Notes: a model not told the origin generated them from the sequence alone. A stretch of 64,000 bases of DNA from a virus (IMGVR_UViG_3300037067_016568:32001-96000); one strand, 5' to 3'. Shown: positions 16,809-27,341, numbered from the stretch's first letter. Numbers and translations are program-made.

Positions 16809-19562
16809 CTAAGTAATGATGAATGTCGAGCCTGCGTGTGCATAGGTAGGAGCACTACCGTTCCAGATGTAACCAGCAATGTAATATGTTCCCGGTGGTA
16901 CTCCAGTAGTATCCCACTCCCAGGAAGATGATCCATTTACTGCGGGAATCTCACCAACAGAAATCCATTGTGGTGTGCCACCCCAAGCAGGATCTGTAGT
17001 GTAGCATAAGTTGACTATGTATCCGGACTGACATCCAGAAGCATTCCAACTAACTGTGACAGGTGTACCAGTGGAATAGCTACCTGATAATGGAGCCGTC
17101 AAATTCCATGCGATAGGCGGCAGCGGATTGCCCACTACTTGTGAATGCCATACGCCTAAGATGCCACCTGATGGTGCAATTCCTTGATATCCATACCACG
17201 CACATGTCCATTTTCCATCACCAGATCTACGTGTAATGGCTGGGCTAAGCTGATCAAGAATGCCTCGATGCTCTAAGTTAGGATTATTGACCACATATTC
17301 ATTTGTAGTCGCAGTACCAGCAGCGTTGTACTGCCTAGCAATGATTCCATAATCGGAAGTTATTGGATCGTCAGGATTGTTATAACTCTGCCATACAACC
17401 GCAAAATTGCCATTTGCATCACATGCAACATCAGGTCTCCATTGCCAGTTGGTTTCGTGTTGATTTACTAAGAAATCATTCCCTTGGGCAACACCACTAG
17501 AATCGTAGCGACGTGCATAAATACCATATCCACTGGCATCCGTAAATCTCTGCCATGCTGCCACAAACGATCCATTACCAGCTACCGATACTCTGGGTTC
17601 TACACTCTCTGACAACGTATTTTGGCTTGTATTGACTTTAAATTCACTGCCTATCTTATTGCCAAAGGCGTCTAATCGCTGCGCCCACGCAGCATAATAA
17701 CCGTCCTGTGCACTGTTCCATATTACTACTGAGTTACCATTATCACCAACGTCAACATCACCATTTTGTTTCCACGAAGTATTGCTTGTGCAGATTCTGA
17801 AGTTAGATGCACCAACTTTAGTACCAGCAGCATTAAATCGCTGGCCATAAACGAAGCCATAAGATAAATGGACATCTTCATTGTATTCTGACCATATGAC
17901 AATAAAGCTCTTATCAGTAGAGCGCATTCCGATCGATGGTGTTATATAATAAGCATCTTTCAAAGCATTGACGCGGAACTGATCGCCGAGCGGAACACCA
18001 GCAGCACTAAACATCCGCGCTTGAATACCACTACTGTAATCTAAGTCGCCGCCACGCCATGCGATAACAAAGGTGCCATCCGGAGCCATAGCCACCGTTG
18101 GATCAAAACTCGTAGGATCGCCATATGACGGCACCACAAACTGGGCAGTCGTCGGGCTCCCATCAGCAGCAAAACACTGCGCCATTACTGTCGGATTAGT
18201 TGCTGATTCAGATGGATATCTAGCCCATGTAATTACAAACCGACCATCTGCTGCGTCGGCAACTCTTGGATATCGATCATATTGCGATGTTGGTTCAGGG
18301 GACGCTGATGGTGACGATGATGGTGACGGTGATATGCTTAACGATGGAGATAGCGAAGGCTGGACGCTCGTTGATGGTGATATGCTCGGTGAAGGCGACA
18401 ATGATGTAGAAGGCGACAATGATGTAGAAGGCGACAATGATAAACTGGGTGACGGCGATAGGCTTATAGAAGCTGACGGGCTTAATGATGTCGAAGGTGA
18501 TGTACTTGGAGATGGCGTCGGGGACAAGCTTATAGAAGCGGACGGGCTTAATGATGTCGAAGGTGATTGGCTGATAGATGGCGATGTTGATGGCGACAAT
18601 AGAGATGGCGAAGGTGAAATTGACAACCAAGAAGATACTGACGGCGACGGAGACTGCGAAATCGATGGTGAAGGCGATATGCTCTGCGAGGGCGATAATG
18701 ACGTCGATGGTGAAGGTGACAAACTAGTTGATGGTGAATGACTTGCAGACGGCGACAAGCTTGCTGACGGTGATAATGATGGTGATAATGATGGCGATAT
18801 ACTGCTTGAAGGCGACAAGCTAGCTGACGGCGACAGACTCATTGACGGTGATGGCGATAGTGATGGCGATAGGCACGGTGGCGGCGATAACAATACTAGC
18901 GTATCTGGCCCCCAAACATCAACAAACCAAAAAGATTCTTTGCCACAAACAGGGGCTATAGTCCCATCTTCTAGCACCCATTGAAAAGCCAGCGTATCGT
19001 CATCGGGAGTTGTAAAACGCGGACCATATGCAACAGGCATCTGGGCTACACCAGACACAGCGTTGTCCATATGATACTTGAAAGGATCGTTAGGGCCTAT
19101 ACCACAATTAAAACTCGTTTGAAAATAACAAATTGATTGGGAGCTATCTTCTGCAACTATATATCCTACATATCCTAGCGCGCTTGGCTCGATAATTTGT
19201 CGCTCTATTGTGCATATACCTCTTCTGAAGACGTTCTTAGTATCATTGTCGACATGTCCGTAATCAATATTTTGATCGACTTCTATGACAGAAATAATCG
19301 TGACTGGCAGCCTGCTAAATCGAAGTAAAATTACCTGTTCAGCCTCAGTAGAATTCTGAGCCTGTACTCGGACAGTACCACAAGTATCATTAACACAAAA
19401 TCTGACATCGTAGGTGCGCTTTTCACCCCATACGTTAGGTGCTTTTGTGATAGTTGTATAATCTATTACGCTTATACCATCAACCTCAATAGTCTCCCAT
19501 TGAGTCCAATATAACATACCATAATCGTCCCTGAAAAATATCGATCCTTTATCTGGCGTCAT
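16809..19562 (-). CDS. Multi-domain surface/virion protein with Ser-Pro linker, beta-repeat domain and Ig-like C-terminus
   Basis: About 200 aa of (SPSxS)n; repeated F-x-V-N...P-x-V-A...F-V-x-x-W units. Confidence 0.75.
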   Translation of the reverse strand: MTPDKGSIFFRDDYGMLYWTQWETIEVDGISVIDYTTITKAPNVWGEKRTYDVRFCVNDTCGTVRVQAQNSTEAEQVILLRFSRLPVTIISVIEVDQNIDYGHVDNDTKNVFRRGICTIERQIIEPSALGYVGYIVAEDSSQSICYFQTSFNCGIGPNDPFKYHMDNAVSGVAQMPVAYGPRFTTPDDDTLAFQWVLEDGTIAPVCGKESFWFVDVWGPDTLVLLSPPPCLSPSLSPSPSMSLSPSASLSPSSSISPSLSPSLSPSASLSPSASHSPSTSLSPSPSTSLSPSQSISPSPSISQSPSPSVSSWLSISPSPSLLSPSTSPSISQSPSTSLSPSASISLSPTPSPSTSPSTSLSPSASISLSPSPSLSLSPSTSLSPSTSLSPSPSISPSTSVQPSLSPSLSISPSPSSSPSASPEPTSQYDRYPRVADAADGRFVITWARYPSESATNPTVMAQCFAADGSPTTAQFVVPSYGDPTSFDPTVAMAPDGTFVIAWRGGDLDYSSGIQARMFSAAGVPLGDQFRVNALKDAYYITPSIGMRSTDKSFIVIWSEYNEDVHLSYGFVYGQRFNAAGTKVGASNFRICTSNTSWKQNGDVDVGDNGNSVVIWNSAQDGYYAAWAQRLDAFGNKIGSEFKVNTSQNTLSESVEPRVSVAGNGSFVAAWQRFTDASGYGIYARRYDSSGVAQGNDFLVNQHETNWQWRPDVACDANGNFAVVWQSYNNPDDPITSDYGIIARQYNAAGTATTNEYVVNNPNLEHRGILDQLSPAITRRSGDGKWTCAWYGYQGIAPSGGILGVWHSQVVGNPLPPIAWNLTAPLSGSYSTGTPVTVSWNASGCQSGYIVNLCYTTDPAWGGTPQWISVGEIPAVNGSSSWEWDTTGVPPGTYYIAGYIWNGSAPTYAHAGSTFIIT
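18295..18885 (-). repeat. Low-complexity Ser-Pro tandem repeat region
   Basis: Degenerate SPSLSPS repeats with diversified codons. Confidence 0.9.
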
Positions 19563-19628
19563 AGTCTCACTCGTTCGATTTCATTTAAAGGACCTCATCG
19601 GATGATATGATTATAAAGTATTTTTGGA

Positions 19629-19937
19629 TTATGGGCCGATAATCTTAACTCTTGGATCAAAATCCTTTAACTGAAGAATTCCGTTCAATCGCTTTCCCTC
19701 TTCTATAGCATTTATGAATTTATCAAATGCTATTCCGATAACTTCAGAAAAAGGAAGATCTATCGACACATCAGTAGAAGTGGTTACACCATTAGCAACC
19801 CCTTTTTCTACCGAATCCGGCCCTCCACCAGTTACATGGTCGTGGTAATCAGCCATTAATCTCAATGCGTCAGAAATGCCTCCGTCGAAATCATCTGGCA
19901 ATCTGAAGAATGTCATGTACAATACTAGAGTTTTCAT
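19629..19937 (-). CDS. Hypothetical protein
   Basis: ATG 19937 just after the upstream stop. Confidence 0.6.
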   Translation of the reverse strand: MKTLVLYMTFFRLPDDFDGGISDALRLMADYHDHVTGGGPDSVEKGVANGVTTSTDVSIDLPFSEVIGIAFDKFINAIEEGKRLNGILQLKDFDPRVKIIGP

Positions 19938-19944
19938 AAAATAA

Positions 19945-21036
19945 CTACCATAAGAAGAGGTAATTAGAATCTCGAAGTATAAGGGCCTCTTTATGATTGT
20001 CATACAATTTCAAAACATTAGTTGGGTGGTATTTGTCTATTAATCTTTGTCTCTCGCCTCTTGGAGCATAACACAACATTCGACGTGCTCGACTTAAGAT
20101 GTTTTCTTCAGGCATCGCAAACCCATTGAAATTGTTATCAGAGATAAGCAATTCAAGATTTTGGTCTTCTAACCAGCCGAATTCTGCTCTGGTAAAACTG
20201 GCAAATCCCAAATCAAGCGCACGTTGAAATCTATCATTTCTGACAGTGTAATATGGTAAATCAAGCATTGCACAGGCTAGTGCTTTAGAACCATAACCAG
20301 GATCTAAATCGCCAATAGGACCAGATATACCGAGAGCCTTAAATATAGCACAATATACTAGTGGATTTATAATTCTGCGGCGACTAAACCACCTAGCAAC
20401 TTTACGAACATTAGACGAATTGATACGAACAGTCTTTTTATAGCAGATGCATTGTAATGCTCTCCACAGATACTTACCTCTTTCATTAGCACCTGGGTTG
20501 AAGAAATGTTCCAATATTCTGAAGTGCGATAACCTCCGTCGCATAGGGAAGCACGTTATTGCGCCATTAACTACATATGGATCTATATCGGCAGACTGCA
20601 ACTGCTCCCAGTCTTCATCTAGGATGCGATCCGGGTAACAATCAGGAAGAGGTTTCGTGTTCAATATTTCGCGAAGCAACCGGTGCATCGCCATGCGGCG
20701 CTCTACTAACGTAGAGTCGTTGAACTGGGTACGATTGATACACCAGTGATAAGTGGGCGAGGTATCAAGCGGGTCGTCATGAAATTCTCTGAAGATTGGA
20801 ACTTCATGTCTTATAGCAGCAGATGCAGGACGAACAACGAAGCAATTATCACCACGTTGCTTATCGCGTCTTGTTAATCTGAAGTAATAGCGATCTCTTA
20901 TACCAGTTTTATAGACTGCATGAACCGATAGTCGCTCAATGAATGCATTCGCAATTATATCAGTCTGCTCCAACTGTGACGCAAGCAATTTCACCCACAG
21001 CGGAACTATTCTCGGTTTGGCGAATTTTCGGTGCAT
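19945..21036 (-). CDS. Putative (possibly degenerate) SAM-dependent DNA methyltransferase-like protein
   Basis: IGDLDPGYGSKALAC resembles a SAM-binding motif I; no clear catalytic (D/N/S)PP(Y/F). Confidence 0.4.
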   Translation of the reverse strand: MHRKFAKPRIVPLWVKLLASQLEQTDIIANAFIERLSVHAVYKTGIRDRYYFRLTRRDKQRGDNCFVVRPASAAIRHEVPIFREFHDDPLDTSPTYHWCINRTQFNDSTLVERRMAMHRLLREILNTKPLPDCYPDRILDEDWEQLQSADIDPYVVNGAITCFPMRRRLSHFRILEHFFNPGANERGKYLWRALQCICYKKTVRINSSNVRKVARWFSRRRIINPLVYCAIFKALGISGPIGDLDPGYGSKALACAMLDLPYYTVRNDRFQRALDLGFASFTRAEFGWLEDQNLELLISDNNFNGFAMPEENILSRARRMLCYAPRGERQRLIDKYHPTNVLKLYDNHKEALILRDSNYLFLW

Positions 21037-21580
21037 TTCTGGTTTTAACCTGAATCTTAAAGGTATTCAACCAGCTTGATATTGTATCTGGTGAAACTCC
21101 AGCGGCCTTTGCACATCCAAGTAAGTGTAAATCCATTTCTACATAATGCCTATAGAGCCATTCATAGTTGCAGCAGGAATGAGTCAATGGCGGTGCTTGT
21201 CTTGTTCTCGGTATATTGTATTTACGAATACGTTTCTTAACGGTCTTAACGCTTAAATGAGTTATCTTAGCTAATACTCTCGCACCATATAACTTGTAGT
21301 AATGTCTCCACCATTCAGCACAATCCCAACCGGGTTCTAACTCTACAATTGGCAGGATACGAATACCAGATTTAGGCTTGTTACGCTGGCGTGTGCGAAC
21401 AATATCATCGCCTGTTCGCGTTTTCAACATTCTGATATATCTAGAACTTAACGACAAAACTTGCGCTAGATCATTTGTGCTGAAGAATTTATAGCGCAGG
21501 AAGAAGTTGCTTAATTGTTTCGGATCTCGTTTATCAAGCAACTTAAATTCGTCACGGATTACCTGGCAATGATCCTGCAT
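20960..21580 (-). CDS. Multi-HTH DNA-binding protein
   Basis: Three HTH-like segments (STNDLAQVLSLS, ARVLAKITHLSVKTV, CAKAAGVSPDTISSWL). Confidence 0.6.
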   Translation of the reverse strand: MQDHCQVIRDEFKLLDKRDPKQLSNFFLRYKFFSTNDLAQVLSLSSRYIRMLKTRTGDDIVRTRQRNKPKSGIRILPIVELEPGWDCAEWWRHYYKLYGARVLAKITHLSVKTVKKRIRKYNIPRTRQAPPLTHSCCNYEWLYRHYVEMDLHLLGCAKAAGVSPDTISSWLNTFKIQVKTRNAPKIRQTENSSAVGEIACVTVGAD

Positions 21581-21582
21581 AG

Positions 21583-21801
21583 CTAACTGAAAAGGGCCGT
21601 CTCAAGCTTCTGCTCGAAAGATTCCTTCTTCACGTGCTTCGGCAGACCTTTAGTCTTAGTCTTGGCAAATTTGTCAAGATTCTTCCCGCTCATCTTAGCC
21701 ATTTCGGCGCTTGGAGTGCCCGGCTTCGCCTTTCTTTCGCCTTTTTGAATGGCTTTGGCGATACCTGCGGCTTGCTGTTGGGCTTTGCTGACTGATGGCA
21801 T
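21583..21801 (-). CDS. DUF3008-like small basic protein
   Basis: MPSVSKAQQQAAGIA...MS..LDKFAKTKTKGLP. Confidence 0.65.
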   Translation of the reverse strand: MPSVSKAQQQAAGIAKAIQKGERKAKPGTPSAEMAKMSGKNLDKFAKTKTKGLPKHVKKESFEQKLETALFS

Positions 21802-21820
21802 ATCGAGCTCCTATGTTATT

Positions 21821-22339
21821 CTATATTTGCGTAGGACTAAATACCATGTAATAAGAATCATGCCCCTCGCAATAATGATTGCGAGCTACGCTCTCAGCAA
21901 TAAATCCATTATCTTTATGGCTTAAGAATAATTGAGCAGACAAATTATATTCACTGACATGACACTCAATATATCCCTTTCCTTCCAAATGAAGCTTTAT
22001 CTTTAGCATATTGATAATTAGAGTTGCTATTTTTCGACGACGATAATCTTTATCAACTGCTATATTGCATAATTCTATGTGATCGTCATAATATCTAATA
22101 ATTGCATAAGCCGCTACAAAACCATTATGTTCTACAACATAGCATACTGAATTATCTTCACACAGTTCAGAGTAAAAATCCTCCTTTAACCATGGGTATT
22201 CGAAACTATTGTGTTCTATTGTGGCTATTTGTTTAAAATCGCGAGGAGTTATAAAGCGGATGTTGGCAGGAATTGAGTGAGTAAGATTTTGATATAATAG
22301 ACAATCCCTTTTAGGACTCCGTTTTATCTCTTTCCCCAT
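21821..22339 (-). CDS. RimI-like GNAT N-acetyltransferase
   Basis: IEHNSFEYPW, NIAVDKDYRRRKIA, VSEYNLSAQ; GGAGG before ATG 22339. Confidence 0.85.
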   Translation of the reverse strand: MGKEIKRSPKRDCLLYQNLTHSIPANIRFITPRDFKQIATIEHNSFEYPWLKEDFYSELCEDNSVCYVVEHNGFVAAYAIIRYYDDHIELCNIAVDKDYRRRKIATLIINMLKIKLHLEGKGYIECHVSEYNLSAQLFLSHKDNGFIAESVARNHYCEGHDSYYMVFSPTQI

Positions 22340-22449
22340 GAGATTCCTCCATGATTGAAAAAGTCGCCGCAAGATTCGCGACGGATATAAACGTATCAGA
22401 CAGCGCATATTAGAACACAGCTTATCCTCTTTTGTCAAGATCGAGTTTA

Positions 22450-24075
22450 TCAAGTTCGTCTGATGATGTAACACAATTTTTCACCGCCATATTTCTTATA
22501 ATATCCCTTCGCCTCTGCAAATTCCCGCTCAGTCATGCTCAAGCTCTTGGCTTTACCATATAAAGTCCGTTTGTGCATAACATAGCCTTGTTTATCGACA
22601 TACCAATAGTCTGCAGGAACGATGTGATGTAACTGAAAGTTGGCGGCTTTGTAAATCGTACCTTGATGCCCAACTGTTGTATCTGCGTAAGCTATAACTA
22701 GTTTACAATCAATTTGTTTAAGGGCTCTTTTAATAAACCAACTGGCGAGATTCTTTTTATGATAGGACGGATGAATACACAATCTAGATAGTTCGCGAAT
22801 TTCTCCATCACACAAACCAAACTGTGATGCTGTGTTCTGTCGTAGGGGTGGACTAAAGACAACGCAAGCTATTAATTGATTATCGAGATAAACACCAAAC
22901 GCTTTACCACCTCGATTTTTCCCAAGGTAATGATAAAGATCTAAAAATTCTCTCACCTCAGCGAAGCTTATTTCTTTGATGTATAATTTACTAAATTCAA
23001 ATTGTTTGGTTTCGATATTCAACCCTAGTTTCAACTTCAATCTATCTAATACTCGATCCTTACAATAGAATTCATGTTCCCAGATATACATTATTTCATA
23101 TTCTGGGAAGTATCGATTAATATATGTGAATTTAGACTGGTCATTTCGTTCAGCTTTGGAGAGCGAATGCCAATAATCTCCTTGACATTCAATCAACAAT
23201 TTCTTATTACCATTGATATGTGGAACAACACAATCAAAAACGTAATATCCAATTCTCGTTTCTTCTCCTTCCTTGAAATATTCTATATGCAGATCATCCA
23301 GGAATGCATATAACATTTTTTGAATAGATGAGATCTGGCACTTTTGAGAAGCACGAGCTGCAGCTATTTTCTCACGATATTTCGAATTTAGCCAATTAGC
23401 TTTGGATGCTATCGCCAATTTTTCATTGTAATGTAATGTGGTATAAGTTTTGTTTTTATATTCTGGTGATGTTTGAATTATAGCTATTTGTTCTTCATTA
23501 ATCTTTGGTGCCTTGATTTTGGCTATTTTCTTCGTACCTCTCAATTTATTTGATTTTTTTGCTGGTGTTTGTTGTCTTACTGATATTTGTTGCTTGCGCC
23601 GTTCAGAGATCAATCTTGATTGGATAGCCCTGAACTCCTTGTTATTCCATTTTGCGACAGATGCAGCCAAAGCCTTAGTGATATGCTTTTTACTGGCTTC
23701 TGCTTGAAATATAGCAGATCTATCTTTATCAAAAATTATACCATTCTCTCTACCCGCTTTAGAAACCAAATGAAAAGATATTCCAAGATCTGATGCAATT
23801 TGAACTCTTGAAATCTTATTAGCATTCGCTTTAATATATGCCACTTGTTCTGGCGTAGCTGGCTTCGACTTATAATTTCTTATAGTGTCTCGATGTTCTT
23901 TGGTTGGAGAATATTTGATCGGCGCAATCCCTAATTTTCTAGCACGCACACCAATAGCTCTAGCGCAGATGCTTGGTAAGCATTTCTCACTAAATTCCTT
24001 TATAGTAAGAAATGGCAGATAGGTAATTATTAAATGGTCATATTTTGACCAGTCTACAGGTTTTCCAGATGGCAT
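22450..24075 (-). CDS. Fusion of DNA-binding repeats, Vsr/DUF559-like endonuclease and Mom-like GNAT domain (homing-endonuclease-like)
   Basis: FD..IECQGDYWH..IWEHE; ELSRLC..YADTTVGHQGTIYKAANF; AT-richer than neighbours. Confidence 0.7.
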   Translation of the reverse strand: MPSGKPVDWSKYDHLIITYLPFLTIKEFSEKCLPSICARAIGVRARKLGIAPIKYSPTKEHRDTIRNYKSKPATPEQVAYIKANANKISRVQIASDLGISFHLVSKAGRENGIIFDKDRSAIFQAEASKKHITKALAASVAKWNNKEFRAIQSRLISERRKQQISVRQQTPAKKSNKLRGTKKIAKIKAPKINEEQIAIIQTSPEYKNKTYTTLHYNEKLAIASKANWLNSKYREKIAAARASQKCQISSIQKMLYAFLDDLHIEYFKEGEETRIGYYVFDCVVPHINGNKKLLIECQGDYWHSLSKAERNDQSKFTYINRYFPEYEIMYIWEHEFYCKDRVLDRLKLKLGLNIETKQFEFSKLYIKEISFAEVREFLDLYHYLGKNRGGKAFGVYLDNQLIACVVFSPPLRQNTASQFGLCDGEIRELSRLCIHPSYHKKNLASWFIKRALKQIDCKLVIAYADTTVGHQGTIYKAANFQLHHIVPADYWYVDKQGYVMHKRTLYGKAKSLSMTEREFAEAKGYYKKYGGEKLCYIIRRT

Positions 24076-24100
24076 AAAGGCTCCTTGCCTTTATATACCA

Positions 24101-25147
24101 TTAATTCAAAATTATAGACCATCGTACGACTATTGTGAAATCAGCACTCTTCTTGAATGGCGTCTTCAAAATGCGATGGGAGAACAACCGCAGTGAGTCC
24201 TTAAATATCCCAATCGGGCCGACGATGCTATCGCCGTTTGCATCAACTGGCGTGCGATCTAAACCTATATCACTACCGCCAACTAACTTGGACGTCACTA
24301 AGTAATGATCATTGATTTGAGGCAAATCGCCGTTAGCCGTATCACCTGCACCAACGATCTTGATTTGATCACCAACGCTGACGACATCGACGTAGGCGAT
24401 GTCTGCCGGGTCAATTGAGATCGTTGCCGTACCGGTGGCGTTTGCGGATATTGCAGTGCCATCAGACTTCCCTTCTAAGAAGATGGTTTTCGGATCGCAC
24501 TCACATTGCCCGACATCGCCGAGCTCTTTGCCCCCCGCAAGTGCGACTTCAGTAATGGTAAAGTAGTCAGTATCGGTCATACCAAAACCATTGTATTCGT
24601 CTTTTGTTAAAGTTGTCTCGAATACAACGATATTGTTCATAGCACGCACATCATCCTGCATTAGCGGCGTGCCTGCTGGTTGATAAGTTGGATTAAAAAA
24701 GATGGATTCTACTCTCTTTAGGGGCCTTCCAGGTTCTGAAATAGGTATTGCATTGATTAAACCCCCTTCATATTCAGCACCGACGCCTAACGTGATAGGA
24801 ATTGTCAATCCTGTTATTGGATCAGTGGTGTAATAGCGAGGGTCAGTGGTATCTAATGCAGCACCAGTAGCAGGATCAAAGGAAGCACCAAAAAGAACAT
24901 ATTTTGGGAAATAGTCTGCAACATTAAGCCCGCTAGATACCCAGTCCCCAGCGCCACTACTAGCGTTGGGGTCCCAAATTTTGCTATATGGCAAGCAATG
25001 TGCCAATATTTCCTTAGCACCAATTTTGATGATGTTATGTTGCCTGGTGTGCTCTAGAACACGACCATGAACGTCTTTAATAATGACTTCGATTATGCCA
25101 TCGCACGGATGTCGAAGGTTCTCATGTAGGTTAAGGGTGCGGTCCAT
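24101..25147 (-). CDS. Baseplate/tail-fiber attachment-type structural protein
   Basis: HNII..GAKEILA, ITEVAL, LFSHR..PFKKSADFTIVVRWSI. Confidence 0.6.
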   Translation of the reverse strand: MDRTLNLHENLRHPCDGIIEVIIKDVHGRVLEHTRQHNIIKIGAKEILAHCLPYSKIWDPNASSGAGDWVSSGLNVADYFPKYVLFGASFDPATGAALDTTDPRYYTTDPITGLTIPITLGVGAEYEGGLINAIPISEPGRPLKRVESIFFNPTYQPAGTPLMQDDVRAMNNIVVFETTLTKDEYNGFGMTDTDYFTITEVALAGGKELGDVGQCECDPKTIFLEGKSDGTAISANATGTATISIDPADIAYVDVVSVGDQIKIVGAGDTANGDLPQINDHYLVTSKLVGGSDIGLDRTPVDANGDSIVGPIGIFKDSLRLFSHRILKTPFKKSADFTIVVRWSIILN

Positions 25148-25155
25148 TTATCCCC

Positions 25156-25785
25156 TCATTGGTTGAAGTCTTTGAATGTCCAATTCGACATTGCCTGGCA
25201 AATTCGTTTCAATATTTCCAAACTAAGTAGCTCTTCGAAAATCCAAATAATTGGTTTTCTAACAATCACCCACAATAAATTCCAGGGCCAAACAACTCCC
25301 CATGTCGTAAGTCGGGCTTTATTATCATGATATTGTGGAGGCACCAGTTTACCATCGCTATTCAGCCTCATACCATTACCATGTCCGACAGTAGCAACAA
25401 TAGTCTGCCAATCTTTGAATCCATTAAAATCAGGAGTAATGGCGGTACTTACAGCCGCACTATGCGACTTCAAAAAATCCTCTTTTGCCCGCGATAATCG
25501 TTTTCGCAATCCGCGCAAATACATCGGCCAACGCAAAAACATGGAATAAACACAACCAACAACAAAATACCCAACAATATAGAGAACAGTCAGCCACGGA
25601 TGTTCCAGAACTGACTGCCCCGCATTTGTAAAAAGCATTAAAAATGCAATCGATACAGCCAACACAACACTCGATGCAGTCGGGTTGGGATCATCAATGG
25701 CTGATAAAGCAATGAAGATAATACTAGCTATAGCTAATAAGGACAAGAAAACAAATCCATCGACTGCTAATAGTACGTAAATCAT
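25156..25785 (-). CDS. Membrane protein
   Basis: 3-4 hydrophobic segments. Confidence 0.75.
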   Translation of the reverse strand: MIYVLLAVDGFVFLSLLAIASIIFIALSAIDDPNPTASSVVLAVSIAFLMLFTNAGQSVLEHPWLTVLYIVGYFVVGCVYSMFLRWPMYLRGLRKRLSRAKEDFLKSHSAAVSTAITPDFNGFKDWQTIVATVGHGNGMRLNSDGKLVPPQYHDNKARLTTWGVVWPWNLLWVIVRKPIIWIFEELLSLEILKRICQAMSNWTFKDFNQ

Positions 25786-25794
25786 AGTTCTATC

Positions 25795-26436
25795 CTAAAT
25801 TACAACATCTGGGATTGAGAAATTCGCTGGTAATATATTCTCTATGACGACAGTGAACCTATCTCCTTCGACAAGTTCTATACCGTTGACTAGCTTTATC
25901 GTCGCAGCAGTATAATACTCGCAGTTACGTGGGTCTGTCAGTAGGCCGTTAATATACACAAACGGCCTTGTCTTTATAAGGTCTATTTCCCCCTGGAGCG
26001 TAACTGGTACGGAAATCTCGGTTGCGGTTGCTGATACGACATGCCCACCAAATGTTATGTGAGGAGCAGCACCAGACAATTTATTGTTTGTAGAAGTATA
26101 CCATGCACTGAGAGTTATTGGTATAGTTGCTACTGTCTCTAATTCTATTGAACTAGCTAAACTCATCCACGAGCCAGTGACCTCTTCTAGGCTGCTACGC
26201 CAAACCTTTAAGGTCAAAGTGTTCAAATCGAACCATATAGTTCCATCGCGATATTGTGTCGGCTCTTCATATGATGATTGATTGGCTAATAAACTCATAT
26301 ACCAAATCAACATCCAATCCCATCGCGGCTGTGCATCTGGATAAGGGAATTTCTCATGATCCTGACCAGATAAACCAACATCATCAGCAAAATCGATGAG
26401 TGGAGCTGGAAATCTAAGCCTATTGTCTGGTAGCAT
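25795..26436 (-). CDS. Probable virion structural protein
   Basis: GTIWFD..LKVW and VYINGLL motifs typical of tail proteins. Confidence 0.6.
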   Translation of the reverse strand: MLPDNRLRFPAPLIDFADDVGLSGQDHEKFPYPDAQPRWDWMLIWYMSLLANQSSYEEPTQYRDGTIWFDLNTLTLKVWRSSLEEVTGSWMSLASSIELETVATIPITLSAWYTSTNNKLSGAAPHITFGGHVVSATATEISVPVTLQGEIDLIKTRPFVYINGLLTDPRNCEYYTAATIKLVNGIELVEGDRFTVVIENILPANFSIPDVVI

Positions 26437-26447
26437 CCTTATCTCCG

Positions 26448-27341
26448 CTATTTTGCGTCAGCAATCTGCTGGTTAGGGATGAATTTGCTAGTAATTTGGT
26501 CGACCAAGCCGCTGATCTCTTTTTGATGGTCGCCCAACTCTTTTGCTCTCTGCTTGGCAGCTTCGCGCTCCAATTCTTTAGCGTTGGGGGATTTCCCTAA
26601 AGCAACAGACCATAGAGACTCCATTGTCTGTTCAAATACTTTCTTATCAGAAAGTGTCATGGGCTCTACTCGCCATTTCTCGTCGCCGCTCTTTCCCTTA
26701 AAGACCACTACATGAGAGCCCGGTCCAGCGACATGCCATGTCACCCCAGCTTTCTTGAGAGCATCCTTTAGAGTTATACCAGATCGCGTTTTGGCGGAGA
26801 GGGCCTTCTCAAGCATTTCGACACCAATTTTCGGCTGCGCGGCTCCATCGGGAACTGCGATGCCGTCTAGTGCCTCATCAATACTTCTTTCCAGCATGGC
26901 CTGCCTGTCTTCGAAAAATCTGTCTTTCGCCCGTGGTGGTTCATCTTCATCAGGCTCCCACGCCTTCTTTCGATTTTCTTTTTTAGTCTCTTCATCGTCT
27001 TCCTCTTTACCGTCATTCTTCTTGCTGATAGGCTTATCAAGAGCCTCATTGAGATTATGATAGAACTCACCAAATTTATTGTTGGCCATACTGATAATGG
27101 AAGCTATATCGGCTTTGGGGTCAGATGAGATAACAACTATAGTTCCACTGGGAATCGCCTTTGTCTCCGCGACAACACCACCTACTGAGGCTATGTTTTT
27201 TAATCCTCGTGTTATGCCAGCCAACGGTTCATTAGCCAGTAATACCTTCAAGTTGTCTTCATTGACTAGTAATTCTAACTCAATATTAGAAGCAAAACAT
27301 GCTTCGTTGAGATATCTATGAGCAACATAAAGCTTATTCAC
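26448..27341 (-). CDS. Hypothetical protein (possible head-internal protein)
   Basis: AAGGAG RBS; several LxE motifs. Confidence 0.7.
   Translation of the reverse strand: MNKLYVAHRYLNEACFASNIELELLVNEDNLKVLLANEPLAGITRGLKNIASVGGVVAETKAIPSGTIVVISSDPKADIASIISMANNKFGEFYHNLNEALDKPISKKNDGKEEDDEETKKENRKKAWEPDEDEPPRAKDRFFEDRQAMLERSIDEALDGIAVPDGAAQPKIGVEMLEKALSAKTRSGITLKDALKKAGVTWHVAGPGSHVVVFKGKSGDEKWRVEPMTLSDKKVFEQTMESLWSVALGKSPNAKELEREAAKQRAKELGDHQKEISGLVDQITSKFIPNQQIADAK

Noticed and set aside
18073-18741. Asp/Gly-rich plus-strand ORF resembling a calcium-binding repeat protein
   Set aside because: Antisense shadow of the Ser-Pro repeat
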